This document shows, in pieces, positions 25,963 to 35,400 of a stretch of DNA of 64,000 nt. The stretch spans positions 5,500 to 69,499 of the IMG/VR virus record IMGVR_UViG_3300018877_000004; one strand, written 5' to 3'. A program made the position numbers and the translations under genes. Within the stretch, counting starts at the first letter, position 1. Each line of letters starts with the position of its first letter. This stretch comes from a virus. The notes beneath the pieces are model-generated. The model was not told where the DNA came from. It ran no database searches and saw only the letters and a program-made list of their open reading frames with translations.

Positions 25963-27303
25963 TTACGGCACTCCCAAAGCATTGAGCAAGCGAAAATATC
26001 GATAGGGCGATCGCCTTTCAATAAAGTCCACGCCACCCGGCAAGGCGACGTTGGCAAAAATCATATCTGTCCGTGCAGACTGAATTTGATCGGTTGGGGT
26101 AGCTGTTAGCAGTTGCCCGATCGTTCCCGGCGCGTTGAAAGTATTAAACGGATAGAACAAGTTGCTGAGGTAGGTTTCGAGCGTGAAACCCCAAACACCA
26201 AAAATTGGATGATCTGCAATTACATCTGTGCGCTGAGTCAGTTGCTTGCGCTGTCGAAAGATCGTATTGGGCTGACTCACTACCGTTTCGACGTTGGCAA
26301 CAGGTGCAGTTTCGATTGACAAGCTTGACCCGCCAAACAGACCCGATAACGCCGGCTGATAACCTGCGCCTTGATATATAACCCGTAGTCGCGTCAGTTG
26401 GTTTGATACTCCCACAGGATTGATAAACGGATAGAAGCCCGCCATATTTGCCCGCGCCCAACTCTGCGGCTGTACAGCCTCATGAGCCGTTAAAGTGCCG
26501 AAGGTTATAAGCGAACTTGTGATCAGGTGTTGACTCCAAGCGGCAAGAGCGGGAGGGTACTCGATCGCATTGGGAAACAGCCCTAATACGATTGCATTGC
26601 CCGCCTCGCGATTTATGTTTGAGTAATCGCCAAACGGCCATGTTCTGTTTTCCGTGAGGTTTCCTAAAAACTGAGTATGCGAGGCAATCGGCTGCCCGTT
26701 ACTCGCATTGAAAATCCACGTATGCAGGCGAACGGGTGTTGTAGTGGTTGTCTCGTCGCTTCCTAGTCCTAAAGGCACTATGGCAGCGGTCGTCACTTGC
26801 ACAATTACGGCGCGACGAGGATGATCGACAATTGAGAAAAATATCGGGATTCGCGTATTCAATCGGCTGTCAATATTCAGCAGTTCGATCGTTCGGTTGT
26901 TGATTCGCAGATATAAGATCGTCTGCGGCATCGTCGTCACTGGCGTACTTGTGCCACCAAACGACTCTTGCAGTGCTTCTAACAGATAAGCAACGGTTGA
27001 ACTCACGCGCTCTTGTGTCCTCCGTTCTTCTCTCACCACTCTGGGAGCGCCGTCCAATACTCCGCCCGTACTGATCACACTTGACCCCAACGCGATCGCT
27101 CCGTTGGTAATTGTTGGCACGTACACCATGCCGCCATCCATCGAAGCTCTCGCACCGCGATCGGCATCGTAGCTAACATATCGCAGTGGGGGCGATGTGC
27201 TGTCGATCTCTTCTTGACGGGCGATCGACGCCGCTAAGCTGCGGTGTCGGACTAGCTGCTGCCGAAAGATTCCGAGTTCTCTAGCGGTGTACTCCTCAGT
27301 CAT
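25963..27303 (-). CDS. Putative tail / receptor-binding protein
   Basis: Distal position in the tail operon; conserved N-terminal module and beta-rich C-terminus. Confidence 0.55.
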   Translation of the reverse strand: MTEEYTARELGIFRQQLVRHRSLAASIARQEEIDSTSPPLRYVSYDADRGARASMDGGMVYVPTITNGAIALGSSVISTGGVLDGAPRVVREERRTQERVSSTVAYLLEALQESFGGTSTPVTTMPQTILYLRINNRTIELLNIDSRLNTRIPIFFSIVDHPRRAVIVQVTTAAIVPLGLGSDETTTTTPVRLHTWIFNASNGQPIASHTQFLGNLTENRTWPFGDYSNINREAGNAIVLGLFPNAIEYPPALAAWSQHLITSSLITFGTLTAHEAVQPQSWARANMAGFYPFINPVGVSNQLTRLRVIYQGAGYQPALSGLFGGSSLSIETAPVANVETVVSQPNTIFRQRKQLTQRTDVIADHPIFGVWGFTLETYLSNLFYPFNTFNAPGTIGQLLTATPTDQIQSARTDMIFANVALPGGVDFIERRSPYRYFRLLNALGVP

Positions 27304-28001
27304 TAGATCCCGTTGCTGTTGCCACCGGATGCGTGACCGATATCGAAGCGAAGCGGTTGAGTTGCGCCATCTCCGATGATCTGAGAGGCAAAGTTAACGA
27401 AACATCGAGGCCTGCCGCCGCAAAGTCTCAGAGTGTGAGTGCCAGATCCGGCGCTGGTAATATCGACTTTTGTAGTTAGTCCGACATTACTGTAAAGCTC
27501 GATCGTGTTGGTGCTGATCGAGCTGAGGTAGTACAGCGTATCAGCAGTGATCCCCCCCGGTAGAGTTCCAGTTGTAGTGACGGCAACTTCAGTGGCGTTG
27601 CTCTGTCCGTGTCCAGTGATGGTAATACGATCGGTTGCCGTGTCTATCGCCCCCATTGTTAGGGCTGCTGTGTTGGTTGGGGAATTCGCCCACAAAAGCA
27701 TCGAACTCCACTGAATCGGCGCACCTGTTGCCGTGATGTTGGCGGTGACGCTTGCCAACTCCCAGCGAAGCTGTGTCGCATCCCAAACGCCGCTGCCTGG
27801 TGCCCAAGGTTGGCGACTGTAGCCGTTGACGGGTAAAAGTTCTGCTGAGGCGAGTTGCGCCTTGTTCATTGTCCGAGTGATTGTCAGTCCATTGGTCAGC
27901 ACAAAGCGATATTGACTGGCGTTGGGGACGGTTGCCGTACCCAGATCGACCACTTCACTGATGTACTGAATCCAGCTATCGAAATGGGTTACGTCCGCCA
28001 T
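27303..28001 (-). CDS. Tail structural protein
   Basis: GYSRQ.W motif and DRITITGHG...TGTLPGG...YY module, typical of virion proteins. Confidence 0.65.
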   Translation of the reverse strand: MADVTHFDSWIQYISEVVDLGTATVPNASQYRFVLTNGLTITRTMNKAQLASAELLPVNGYSRQPWAPGSGVWDATQLRWELASVTANITATGAPIQWSSMLLWANSPTNTAALTMGAIDTATDRITITGHGQSNATEVAVTTTGTLPGGITADTLYYLSSISTNTIELYSNVGLTTKVDITSAGSGTHTLRLCGGRPRCFVNFASQIIGDGATQPLRFDIGHASGGNSNGI

Positions 28002-28030
28002 GCGATCGAAGATTAAAGTTCGATCGCAGA

Positions 28031-28038
28031 ATTCCTAC
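28031..28038 (-). promoter_or_regulatory. Late promoter motif GTAGGAAT
   Basis: 30 nt from the 28001 start; same motif and spacing as the other copies. Confidence 0.7.
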
Positions 28039-28041
28039 AAG

Positions 28042-29370
28042 CTAGAAGATGGCGTATTCCGCATTTAGTTCATTGCGAATGGCGATCCGATCGTTGCTTC
28101 CCAACTCTTCGTTGTAGATCAATACCGCACTGATATCGCCTAAATATCCTGTGCCTGTGTAGCCATAGCCTAGCTGGAAAGTTCCGGTTAGGTTTGAGGT
28201 GTTGCCGCTCGCCGTTGTAGCGATTGTGCCATCGTTGACCTGCAAATTGATATTGCCGTTACCCCGCCAGTAGGTGGCGATCGCCGCTGCTGTTGCTCCC
28301 CCTGGCAGCGTCCTTTCTGCTAAATCTTCATTGCCGTCCCAGTTTTGACCCTGTAGCGTTGCTGGCGACTTGAGGAATAACCCCATGTAAGCGCCATTGT
28401 CTAGCAACATTCCGTGGTTTACGTATCCTGTTGAGCTGTTTGCCGTGATGCTGCTGGGTTGAAAAACGATAAAGATTGTGAACGCCTGTGCTGTGACCAA
28501 GCTATCCATTCTGCCGCCCGCCAAAATGTTTGCCAAGCTTGTAAACCGTACAGTTGGCTTACCGTTGATCCCATTTGACACAAATAGCGGCGGATTGCTA
28601 CTTGAGCTTATGCTCGTAGTTAGCGGAGCTTTGTCGCTCCACTGCGTTACTCGGTTAGATGTGTTTACGGTGATGCCACTGTTGGCGAACAGATGACGCT
28701 TTAAGCTCGATCGCTGAATAACGCTAACAACGAAATCTGCATCCCCGATCTGCTTGGTGATGCCCTCGCCACTAATCACGGTGATGCCATTGCCGATCGC
28801 CCATGTGATGCCTTGTCCGCCAAAGATAAGCGTGTCGTAGTCCCCAGACCCGATCGCTTGAGTGATGCCTTCGCCAGTTGCAGGCTCTAGCAGTAATGGC
28901 GCATCCCCTAAAGCGCGCGTAACTCCTGATCCAACCGCCGTTACTGTTGCATAGCCCGTCTGCCGTGTAACGCCTTGCGCTAAGAAGTAGGGCGTCTCAG
29001 TGCTGCCATCGCCTGTCGATCGCGTTACTCCTGATCCGATCTGCGTTGGCAAAATTAGAGGAGCATAGCCGATCTGCTTGGTAATCCCAGCCGCAACTGA
29101 AGTGGCAACAGCATTACCCACCTGCTTCGTGGCGCCCTGTCCGGCAAAATAAGACGGATCAAAGCTGGCATCCCCAATCGATCGAGTGACACCCGCCCCA
29201 TCCTGATAGACCAGTAGTTTAGGCGCATAGCCTACTATTTTGCTGATGCCTGCGCCTGCTGTTTCAGGCACATTCAAGGGATAGGGGTAAGTAATCCCGC
29301 TTCCGGTTGCCAGCGTCACGCCTGCTGCTGCGGCAACGATCGCAAAAGGCAGCTTTAAGTATCTAGCCAT
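28042..29370 (-). CDS. Tail fibre with Gly-rich repeats and a C-terminal LamG/ConA-like lectin domain
   Basis: Repeated G(I/V)T(K/R)xIG(D/Y)A units; V.QWSDK...NGINGKPTVRF...GDISAVLIYNEEL. Confidence 0.75.
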   Translation of the reverse strand: MARYLKLPFAIVAAAAGVTLATGSGITYPYPLNVPETAGAGISKIVGYAPKLLVYQDGAGVTRSIGDASFDPSYFAGQGATKQVGNAVATSVAAGITKQIGYAPLILPTQIGSGVTRSTGDGSTETPYFLAQGVTRQTGYATVTAVGSGVTRALGDAPLLLEPATGEGITQAIGSGDYDTLIFGGQGITWAIGNGITVISGEGITKQIGDADFVVSVIQRSSLKRHLFANSGITVNTSNRVTQWSDKAPLTTSISSSSNPPLFVSNGINGKPTVRFTSLANILAGGRMDSLVTAQAFTIFIVFQPSSITANSSTGYVNHGMLLDNGAYMGLFLKSPATLQGQNWDGNEDLAERTLPGGATAAAIATYWRGNGNINLQVNDGTIATTASGNTSNLTGTFQLGYGYTGTGYLGDISAVLIYNEELGSNDRIAIRNELNAEYAIF

Positions 29371-31210
29371 CTAAAATCTCTCCTAACCAGATGCCGTCGC
29401 CACCTAAAAAGCAATTGCGATTGTCAAAGGCGATCGCAATATTGTTTAGCAAGAATTTATACTCACGACCGTCAGGCTCAGCTACAGATATGGTTTGCAG
29501 CGGTGGTCGATCGTTCAGCCAATAATCACTCAGCGCAAACTCGATATTCTGCCCCAAGTGCCGCCCGATCAGCAATTTCCCCAAGCGTCTTGCAGCAGTA
29601 TTTAACTCCTCTTGATCTGCGTAAGGCACGTCATAGGTGCGCTCCCTCTCCTGGTACTCCGCACCTGCGTAAGAGCGGAATTCTGCCACACCTTCGATCG
29701 GCTTTTCTTCTGTGGTTGTTTTGGGCTTCCTTCGATCGGGCGCAGGCGGTTGCGCTTGCCCTGAGTTGCTGGTTACGGTTTGCTTATCGGTGAGCAAGAT
29801 CCCCAGCTTGGCGCTCGTTGGCGTATCCGGCAGCATCGCCTCGATCACCTCTGGAAATGCCCGCGCAACAGCTTCATAGGTCGATTTGGTGTATTTCCAC
29901 TCACCCTTGTAAACCTCTTTCCAGGTTTGATTTTCTGCGGCAGAGGGCACTAAAAAGGCAGGGTTGCCAAATGTCCAATCCTCGTTAGGCAAGATAGCGC
30001 CCTGCGGTTCTGATGTATCGCTAAAGATTCCGATCGTCTGCTCTAGGCTGTAGTCGTAAGTCGTGATTGTGCGCTCAGCCGCGACCATGTTCGATCGATT
30101 GTTCGCCTGCTCTTGCGCAGATTGTGTGGCGTAATATTCTCGTAGTGCCACCCCGTAGGGCTTGCGAACATGCCTCTCAATCCGTAGCAGTTTCCCTTCT
30201 AGCCCTGGTTCATAAACAAACGTTTCTTCTTGATCGAGGCTGGGCACTAAGGCGATTCGAGTGCTCTGCACATCCGGGAACACAAGCCCACGCGGTTCCA
30301 CTCGGTAGGTTCTGACGGTTCGCGAGTTTGGGCCCCAAGATTCCTCGATCGTTTCTCTAGAAAAGATTGTGATGCCGCCTGCGTTGGGAGAGACGATCGC
30401 CGCTGGCCCCCATGTTTCAACGGTGCTTTTGTTGTAATCGTCCGTGTACTTCGTGATGTGTTCAGTGCCCGTACAGCGGACAATTTCGGCAGGCGTTTCT
30501 TCACTGCTGATCGCCTCGTAGCCAAGTTCGTCTTGCCCGATCGCTATTACTCGATGTGCTGTCGCGTCCTCATCATCAGGAATTGCAGACGCCCTTACAT
30601 CCCCAGTGGCATCACACCAGAGATACCTGCCAGCCGCAAACGCAATCTGCCCTGCCTGCTGGATATAGCCTTCACTGCCTAACTTTTGCAATGGGCAATT
30701 TACATCACCAGGAATTGATCCGGTGAGATTGCCTGCACCTGCTGCCTGTAACAGCGATGCCACGACATCCGATCGAGTGCTGGTTGTACCGGGTGCAACG
30801 CCGCTTTCATCCCCCGGTGGTTGCCTAAAGTCAAGGAGTGAGAGCTTATCACCAATGTCTAGGGTGATAGTCGGGCGAACTCTTGGCGTGGGTGGTAGCG
30901 GCTCTTTGAGGATGTGAACCGTCTTATATCTAACCAGCGTCCCGACACTGTTTGCCAGCCAAATCACTACACGGTTGCCACGCGCCCAGCGAACGCGATC
31001 GCGCCTGGGATTGCACTCGATCGTGATTCCTGGAGAATAGGCATTCAGGACGATATCGCCTGTCCAGGATTGAATACCACTTTGATCGAGTAGGTTGCAG
31101 CTACCACTGAAGGAGGCAACGATCACGGTTACGTCTAGTCCTTGCGCGATCGACTCACCAGGCGCAGCAACGACGATTTTGAAAGGGCGGGAACTGCGAT
31201 CGACGGTCAT
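29363..31210 (-). CDS. Tail tip / baseplate hub protein
   Basis: 615 aa, downstream of the tape measure and Dit-like genes. Confidence 0.6.
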   Translation of the reverse strand: MTVDRSSRPFKIVVAAPGESIAQGLDVTVIVASFSGSCNLLDQSGIQSWTGDIVLNAYSPGITIECNPRRDRVRWARGNRVVIWLANSVGTLVRYKTVHILKEPLPPTPRVRPTITLDIGDKLSLLDFRQPPGDESGVAPGTTSTRSDVVASLLQAAGAGNLTGSIPGDVNCPLQKLGSEGYIQQAGQIAFAAGRYLWCDATGDVRASAIPDDEDATAHRVIAIGQDELGYEAISSEETPAEIVRCTGTEHITKYTDDYNKSTVETWGPAAIVSPNAGGITIFSRETIEESWGPNSRTVRTYRVEPRGLVFPDVQSTRIALVPSLDQEETFVYEPGLEGKLLRIERHVRKPYGVALREYYATQSAQEQANNRSNMVAAERTITTYDYSLEQTIGIFSDTSEPQGAILPNEDWTFGNPAFLVPSAAENQTWKEVYKGEWKYTKSTYEAVARAFPEVIEAMLPDTPTSAKLGILLTDKQTVTSNSGQAQPPAPDRRKPKTTTEEKPIEGVAEFRSYAGAEYQERERTYDVPYADQEELNTAARRLGKLLIGRHLGQNIEFALSDYWLNDRPPLQTISVAEPDGREYKFLLNNIAIAFDNRNCFLGGDGIWLGEILDG

Positions 31211-31239
31211 TAGGCAGCGCTAGATAAGCTGCCGTGAGA

Positions 31240-31247
31240 ATTCCTAC
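31240..31247 (-). promoter_or_regulatory. Late promoter motif GTAGGAAT
   Basis: 30 nt from the 31210 start. Confidence 0.7.
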
Positions 31248-31251
31248 TGAT

Positions 31252-31491
31252 TCAATTTCCAAGCTTGGTGGTTGTCTGTCTGACTGCAAGGGCGATCGTG
31301 CTGGCAATCCCGACATACTTAAGGCGACCGCTCACATTGCGGACAACGCCAATTTTAAGATCTAACTGTTCTGATACAGACTCACCATTTGCATTGACAA
31401 GCTGACCGCAAACCCATTGCCCACGCTGACGAAGCAGAATCAAATCCAGTTGCTCTATTAACTCGATCGCTTTTTCAAGATCTTCGTTCAT
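31252..31491 (-). CDS. Small hypothetical protein (paralogue of 31488..31730)
   Basis: MNEDL...EQLDL.L.RQRGQWVCG. Confidence 0.6.
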   Translation of the reverse strand: MNEDLEKAIELIEQLDLILLRQRGQWVCGQLVNANGESVSEQLDLKIGVVRNVSGRLKYVGIASTIALAVRQTTTKLGN

Positions 31492-31730
31492 ATATTTCTA
31501 TGTTTGCGGTTGTTCTTTTGATGAACGACAGCAGCAAGCGCGATCGCTTCAGAAATAGTGTCTGCTACTCCATCGTCACGCAGGACACCATCAACACAGC
31601 GGTTGTACTTGTCGCCTATATAACCTTCGTCGCCGTCATAGTCGCCACCAAAGCGCCCGCAATACCATCGCCCTTGGTGGCGTACTAGCGACAAGCCTAA
31701 TTGCTCTAGTAGTTGCAGATCTTCGCTCAT
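31488..31730 (-). CDS. Small hypothetical protein
   Basis: MSEDLQLLEQLGLSLVRHQGRWYCG; ATGA overlap at 31727-31730. Confidence 0.6.
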   Translation of the reverse strand: MSEDLQLLEQLGLSLVRHQGRWYCGRFGGDYDGDEGYIGDKYNRCVDGVLRDDGVADTISEAIALAAVVHQKNNRKHRNI

Positions 31731-32029
31731 GCTTCTTCTCTGCCAATTCGGATTTCTGTGCCGCACACCTGAACCTCGTACCCTAGCGGTTTAGGCAAGA
31801 TTGGCTGATTGCAGTGATAGCACTTTTTGGTCGCCTTATCTTTGATGACCTGCTGCATGATGTCTGCCGCTTCGATCGCCCCAACATACCGTAGCCATTC
31901 TTCTAGTACAGGTTCAATCTCTTCTTTGCCAAGTCGAGGGTAGAAGTCCTCAAGGTACTCGCGATCGAGCCGTTCCTTCTCTTCAGGAGTTAAGCCGAGA
32001 TCAACAGTTTCGTAGTTTGTTCTGCTCAT
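31727..32029 (-). CDS. Hypothetical protein
   Basis: ATGA-coupled; CYHC motif. Confidence 0.6.
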   Translation of the reverse strand: MSRTNYETVDLGLTPEEKERLDREYLEDFYPRLGKEEIEPVLEEWLRYVGAIEAADIMQQVIKDKATKKCYHCNQPILPKPLGYEVQVCGTEIRIGREEA

Positions 32030-32478
32030 GCGATCGGCACTTTGTCGGTTTCCGTCAATTGTAATTGTATCGCCCGCATTCTACCTTCTTTGTTCTGCTT
32101 GATCGCCTGAGTGATTCGCCCATAAAACTGAGCAAAGTAACCTGTCATTCCGTCTTCTACGACTGCCACGTCTCCAGGCGCGATCGCTCTGGTTTGTGTG
32201 GGTTCCCAATAGCGATCGGTGCGATCGACGATCAAAATATTTTGACTTTTGCTGATCCGATACATTCTTGCTAACTTTTCGGCATCTTTTTCAGTTAGCA
32301 ATACCGTCAAGTTCCAAATGCTCACCTGATAGTTTGTGCCATCTGTGGCAGGCGTTCCATAGGCGGAAAAAGAGACGCTTGGAACTTCAAGATCTTCGCG
32401 TGGAAAAGTCCCCTCAGTGAATAGTTCCAAGAGAAGCATCATGCCGCCTGCGTAGAGTTCGATCGTTCCTGGCTTCAT
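32026..32478 (-). CDS. Distal tail (Dit-like) protein
   Basis: 150 aa, directly after the tape measure gene. Confidence 0.55.
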   Translation of the reverse strand: MKPGTIELYAGGMMLLLELFTEGTFPREDLEVPSVSFSAYGTPATDGTNYQVSIWNLTVLLTEKDAEKLARMYRISKSQNILIVDRTDRYWEPTQTRAIAPGDVAVVEDGMTGYFAQFYGRITQAIKQNKEGRMRAIQLQLTETDKVPIA

Positions 32479-35400
32479 ATTCCTGCTGCCCTAGCGCGAG
32501 AAGACATTAAATCGCTGGAGATTCGCTGATAATCACGAACGGGTTCGGGTGTTTGGAGTGTTACCGCTCTTGGCGCATTCGCAAGCTGAACGATCCTTTG
32601 CGATAGCTGATTAATTCCGCTATTGAATTGGCTAGCTGTTAACGTTCCTGTAGTCTGTGGCTGAGCTGCGCGATTTGCTTGCGCATTGCGCTGTAAGCCC
32701 ACCTGTGATAGCCCTTGCAGTTGCAAAGGACTTAACTGCCTAGATGCAGCCATTGTTGAGGCAGCAGAAGGGCTTTGTACTGGTGTCGATCGTCCGTCGC
32801 TCCATTCTGGTGTGCGCCATTCTGCCTGTTGCGTTCGACTGCCACCGATCCCCCCATAGCTGAAGTTAGCTGGCATACTTCCCGCACCCATTGCAGCGAC
32901 CAGCGACTCTCGACTGACAAGCGATCGGCTGGGTGCAAGTCCAGATCTTGATCCAAAGCTTGATCCAGAACTTCTTGAGCCTCCAGAAGATCCCGATCCC
33001 GATCCTGGTTGATCACCCGAACCACTGCCGCTGCCTGAGTTTCTATTATTTGACTGTGCCCGCTGCCGTGCTTGCTGTTCTCGCGTTTGTTGCTGCTGAG
33101 TGGTGAGCGTTTGTTGTTCGAGTTCAAGCGATCGCTCTTGCGCTCTGTTCTGGTCATTGACTGCCTTTCGCTGCTGCCGTCTTAGGTCTAAAATTCGCTC
33201 TAATCCTGCGATCACCTGTTGATTTTCACCATTGATTGCTGCTGTAGAGAGTGCAACTTCTGCCTCTGTAATTGCAATATCAGCTTGGATTTGCCGCTGC
33301 TGCGATTCCAGTGCGACCTGTTCGCGCTTGAGTTCAAGCTGCTGTCGAGCGATCGCAAACTGCTTTTCTTGAGCAACGGTTTGCTGGCTGAGAATTTGCT
33401 GTCTGATCTGATCGGCTTGAGCGCTATTGCCTGCCGTTTCAGCGTCTTCTAATGCGTATTGAAGTCGCTGCTCTGCTAGCCCTGATTGAGCTTCAAGCAG
33501 ACTGCTTTGAGCAGACAGAAGATTGTTTTCATTTTTAATAGAATCGATCGCAATTTGATTGAGTCCCTGATCTGCTTCTGCTGATTTGCGTTTGAAGTCT
33601 AGCTCCTCATTAAGGGATTTTATTCGCGACTCTCTTAGCCTCTCTTGAGAGTCAATTTCTGCATCGATCCGTTCCTCGTTAAGATCGCCTAATTCTCCAT
33701 TTAGGTCGATTAATCTGTCAGTAGCTTCTTCTTCGCTGAGAATGCCTTCAGATCGAAGCTGCTGAATTTCTGCAATTTGCTCTTGAGTTTGGGCAATCTG
33801 CTGATCGAGTGCTTCTTGCTGTAGCGCTGCGATTTCTTCGGTGGCTTCTTCCTCTGAAATTATTCGCTGCGCCTGCAAGCTCTTGATTGCAGTAACCCCT
33901 GTGGTTTGTGACTGATCGATCGCCGCTTCTGCTTGGCGATTGGCGCTTTCCATTGCGTCCAGTCGAGCCTGTTTCAATCGCTCCTGTGCGTCGATTTCAT
34001 TTTCAACTCGCTGTTGATTTAGTTCGCCAAGTTCGCCACTTAGGTCTGACAGACGCTCGATCGCTTCTTCTTCACTGAGAACGCCTTCTGCTCGAAGCTG
34101 TCGGACTTGTTCGATTTCGCTCTCGGTAAGAGCAATTTGAAGGGCTACAGTACGCTGCCTCATAGCAGCAATTCTTGTCTCTGCCTCTTCAGCACTGATC
34201 ACCCGCTGGGCTTGCAGTTCACGAATAGCTGTAATTTCAGCGGTTTCTCCCTGATCGATCGCTGCTTCTGCCTGTTGGTTGGCACGTTCGATCGCCTCCA
34301 ATCGCGCCTGTTTCACCTGCTCTTGACGGGCTATCTCCTGCTCTGCGGACTGCTGCTGTAAGTCAGCAAGTTCTCTGGTTAAATCTTTTTCCTCATCACT
34401 GCCACGCCGCACCACTCCCAAGCGCTGCTCTACCAGTTCGATCTGCCGTGCAGTGGCATTGGCGGTAATTTCTGCGATCTCTGCTGCGGCTTCTGCCTCA
34501 TTAATTTCGCCGCCCGCCTGCCGCACTCGCACCTGTGTGGTTTCGCGAGTCGCATCGATGTTTACTGAATCCCGCAGTTCTTTCGCCTCGTCTGCCGCCT
34601 TGCGTTCTGCTTCTAGACGGGCATCGAGTTCAGCTTCAATCTGCTGCAAGCTGAGGTCACTAATTTCGCTTTGAATGTCTAGTCGACGCTTGGCGGCTTC
34701 TTCTGCTGGAATTGTGCCAGCCGCTTCCAGTTCTGCAAGCTGAGCGAGTTTGTCGCGCTCAAGATCGATTTGCTCAGCGATCGAGTCGCGTTGAATTTCG
34801 GCAATCTTGGCGGCAGCTTCCTCCTCTCCCACCGTGCCTGCTAACTGTTGCTGACGGATAGCGGCTGTGCGTTCGCTCTGACTTTGGCGTACTGCCGCCT
34901 CAGCCTCACTGTTGGCTTGCTCGATGCCTTTCAATTCATCCTCTAGCGCTTGCTGCTTGCCCTCGCGAGTGTTCTGAGCGATCTGAATGCGGGTCTGTGC
35001 GGTTTCGAGTTCAAGCTGCTTTACCTGCTCTGCGTATTGCTTCTCTTGGTCTGCCGTCAGGATTGCGTCGTCTGGGTCACGCAATTTTAACTGCTGATTT
35101 TTCTCTAGCTCGGTGCGCAGCTTTTCGAGTAAAGACTGGTTTAGCTCCAGTCTCTTCTGTAGGTATTCTTGCTCGGCTTGTAATGACTGTTCGCGGGATT
35201 GCTCCTCAGTGATTTCGTTTTTAGCAAGTGATTCAGCGATTGCTGCTTGCCGCTGGTTATAGGACGCCTCGATCTCGTGATTTGACTTCTGAAAATCGGT
35301 AACAGCGTTTTCAGCGACCTTGGTTGTGGTGCTGGCGAGTCCGTCTAGAGCGGCTTTTTCTTGCTCTGCTTGAGTTAGGGCTGCTTCAAACTGCTGTTTG

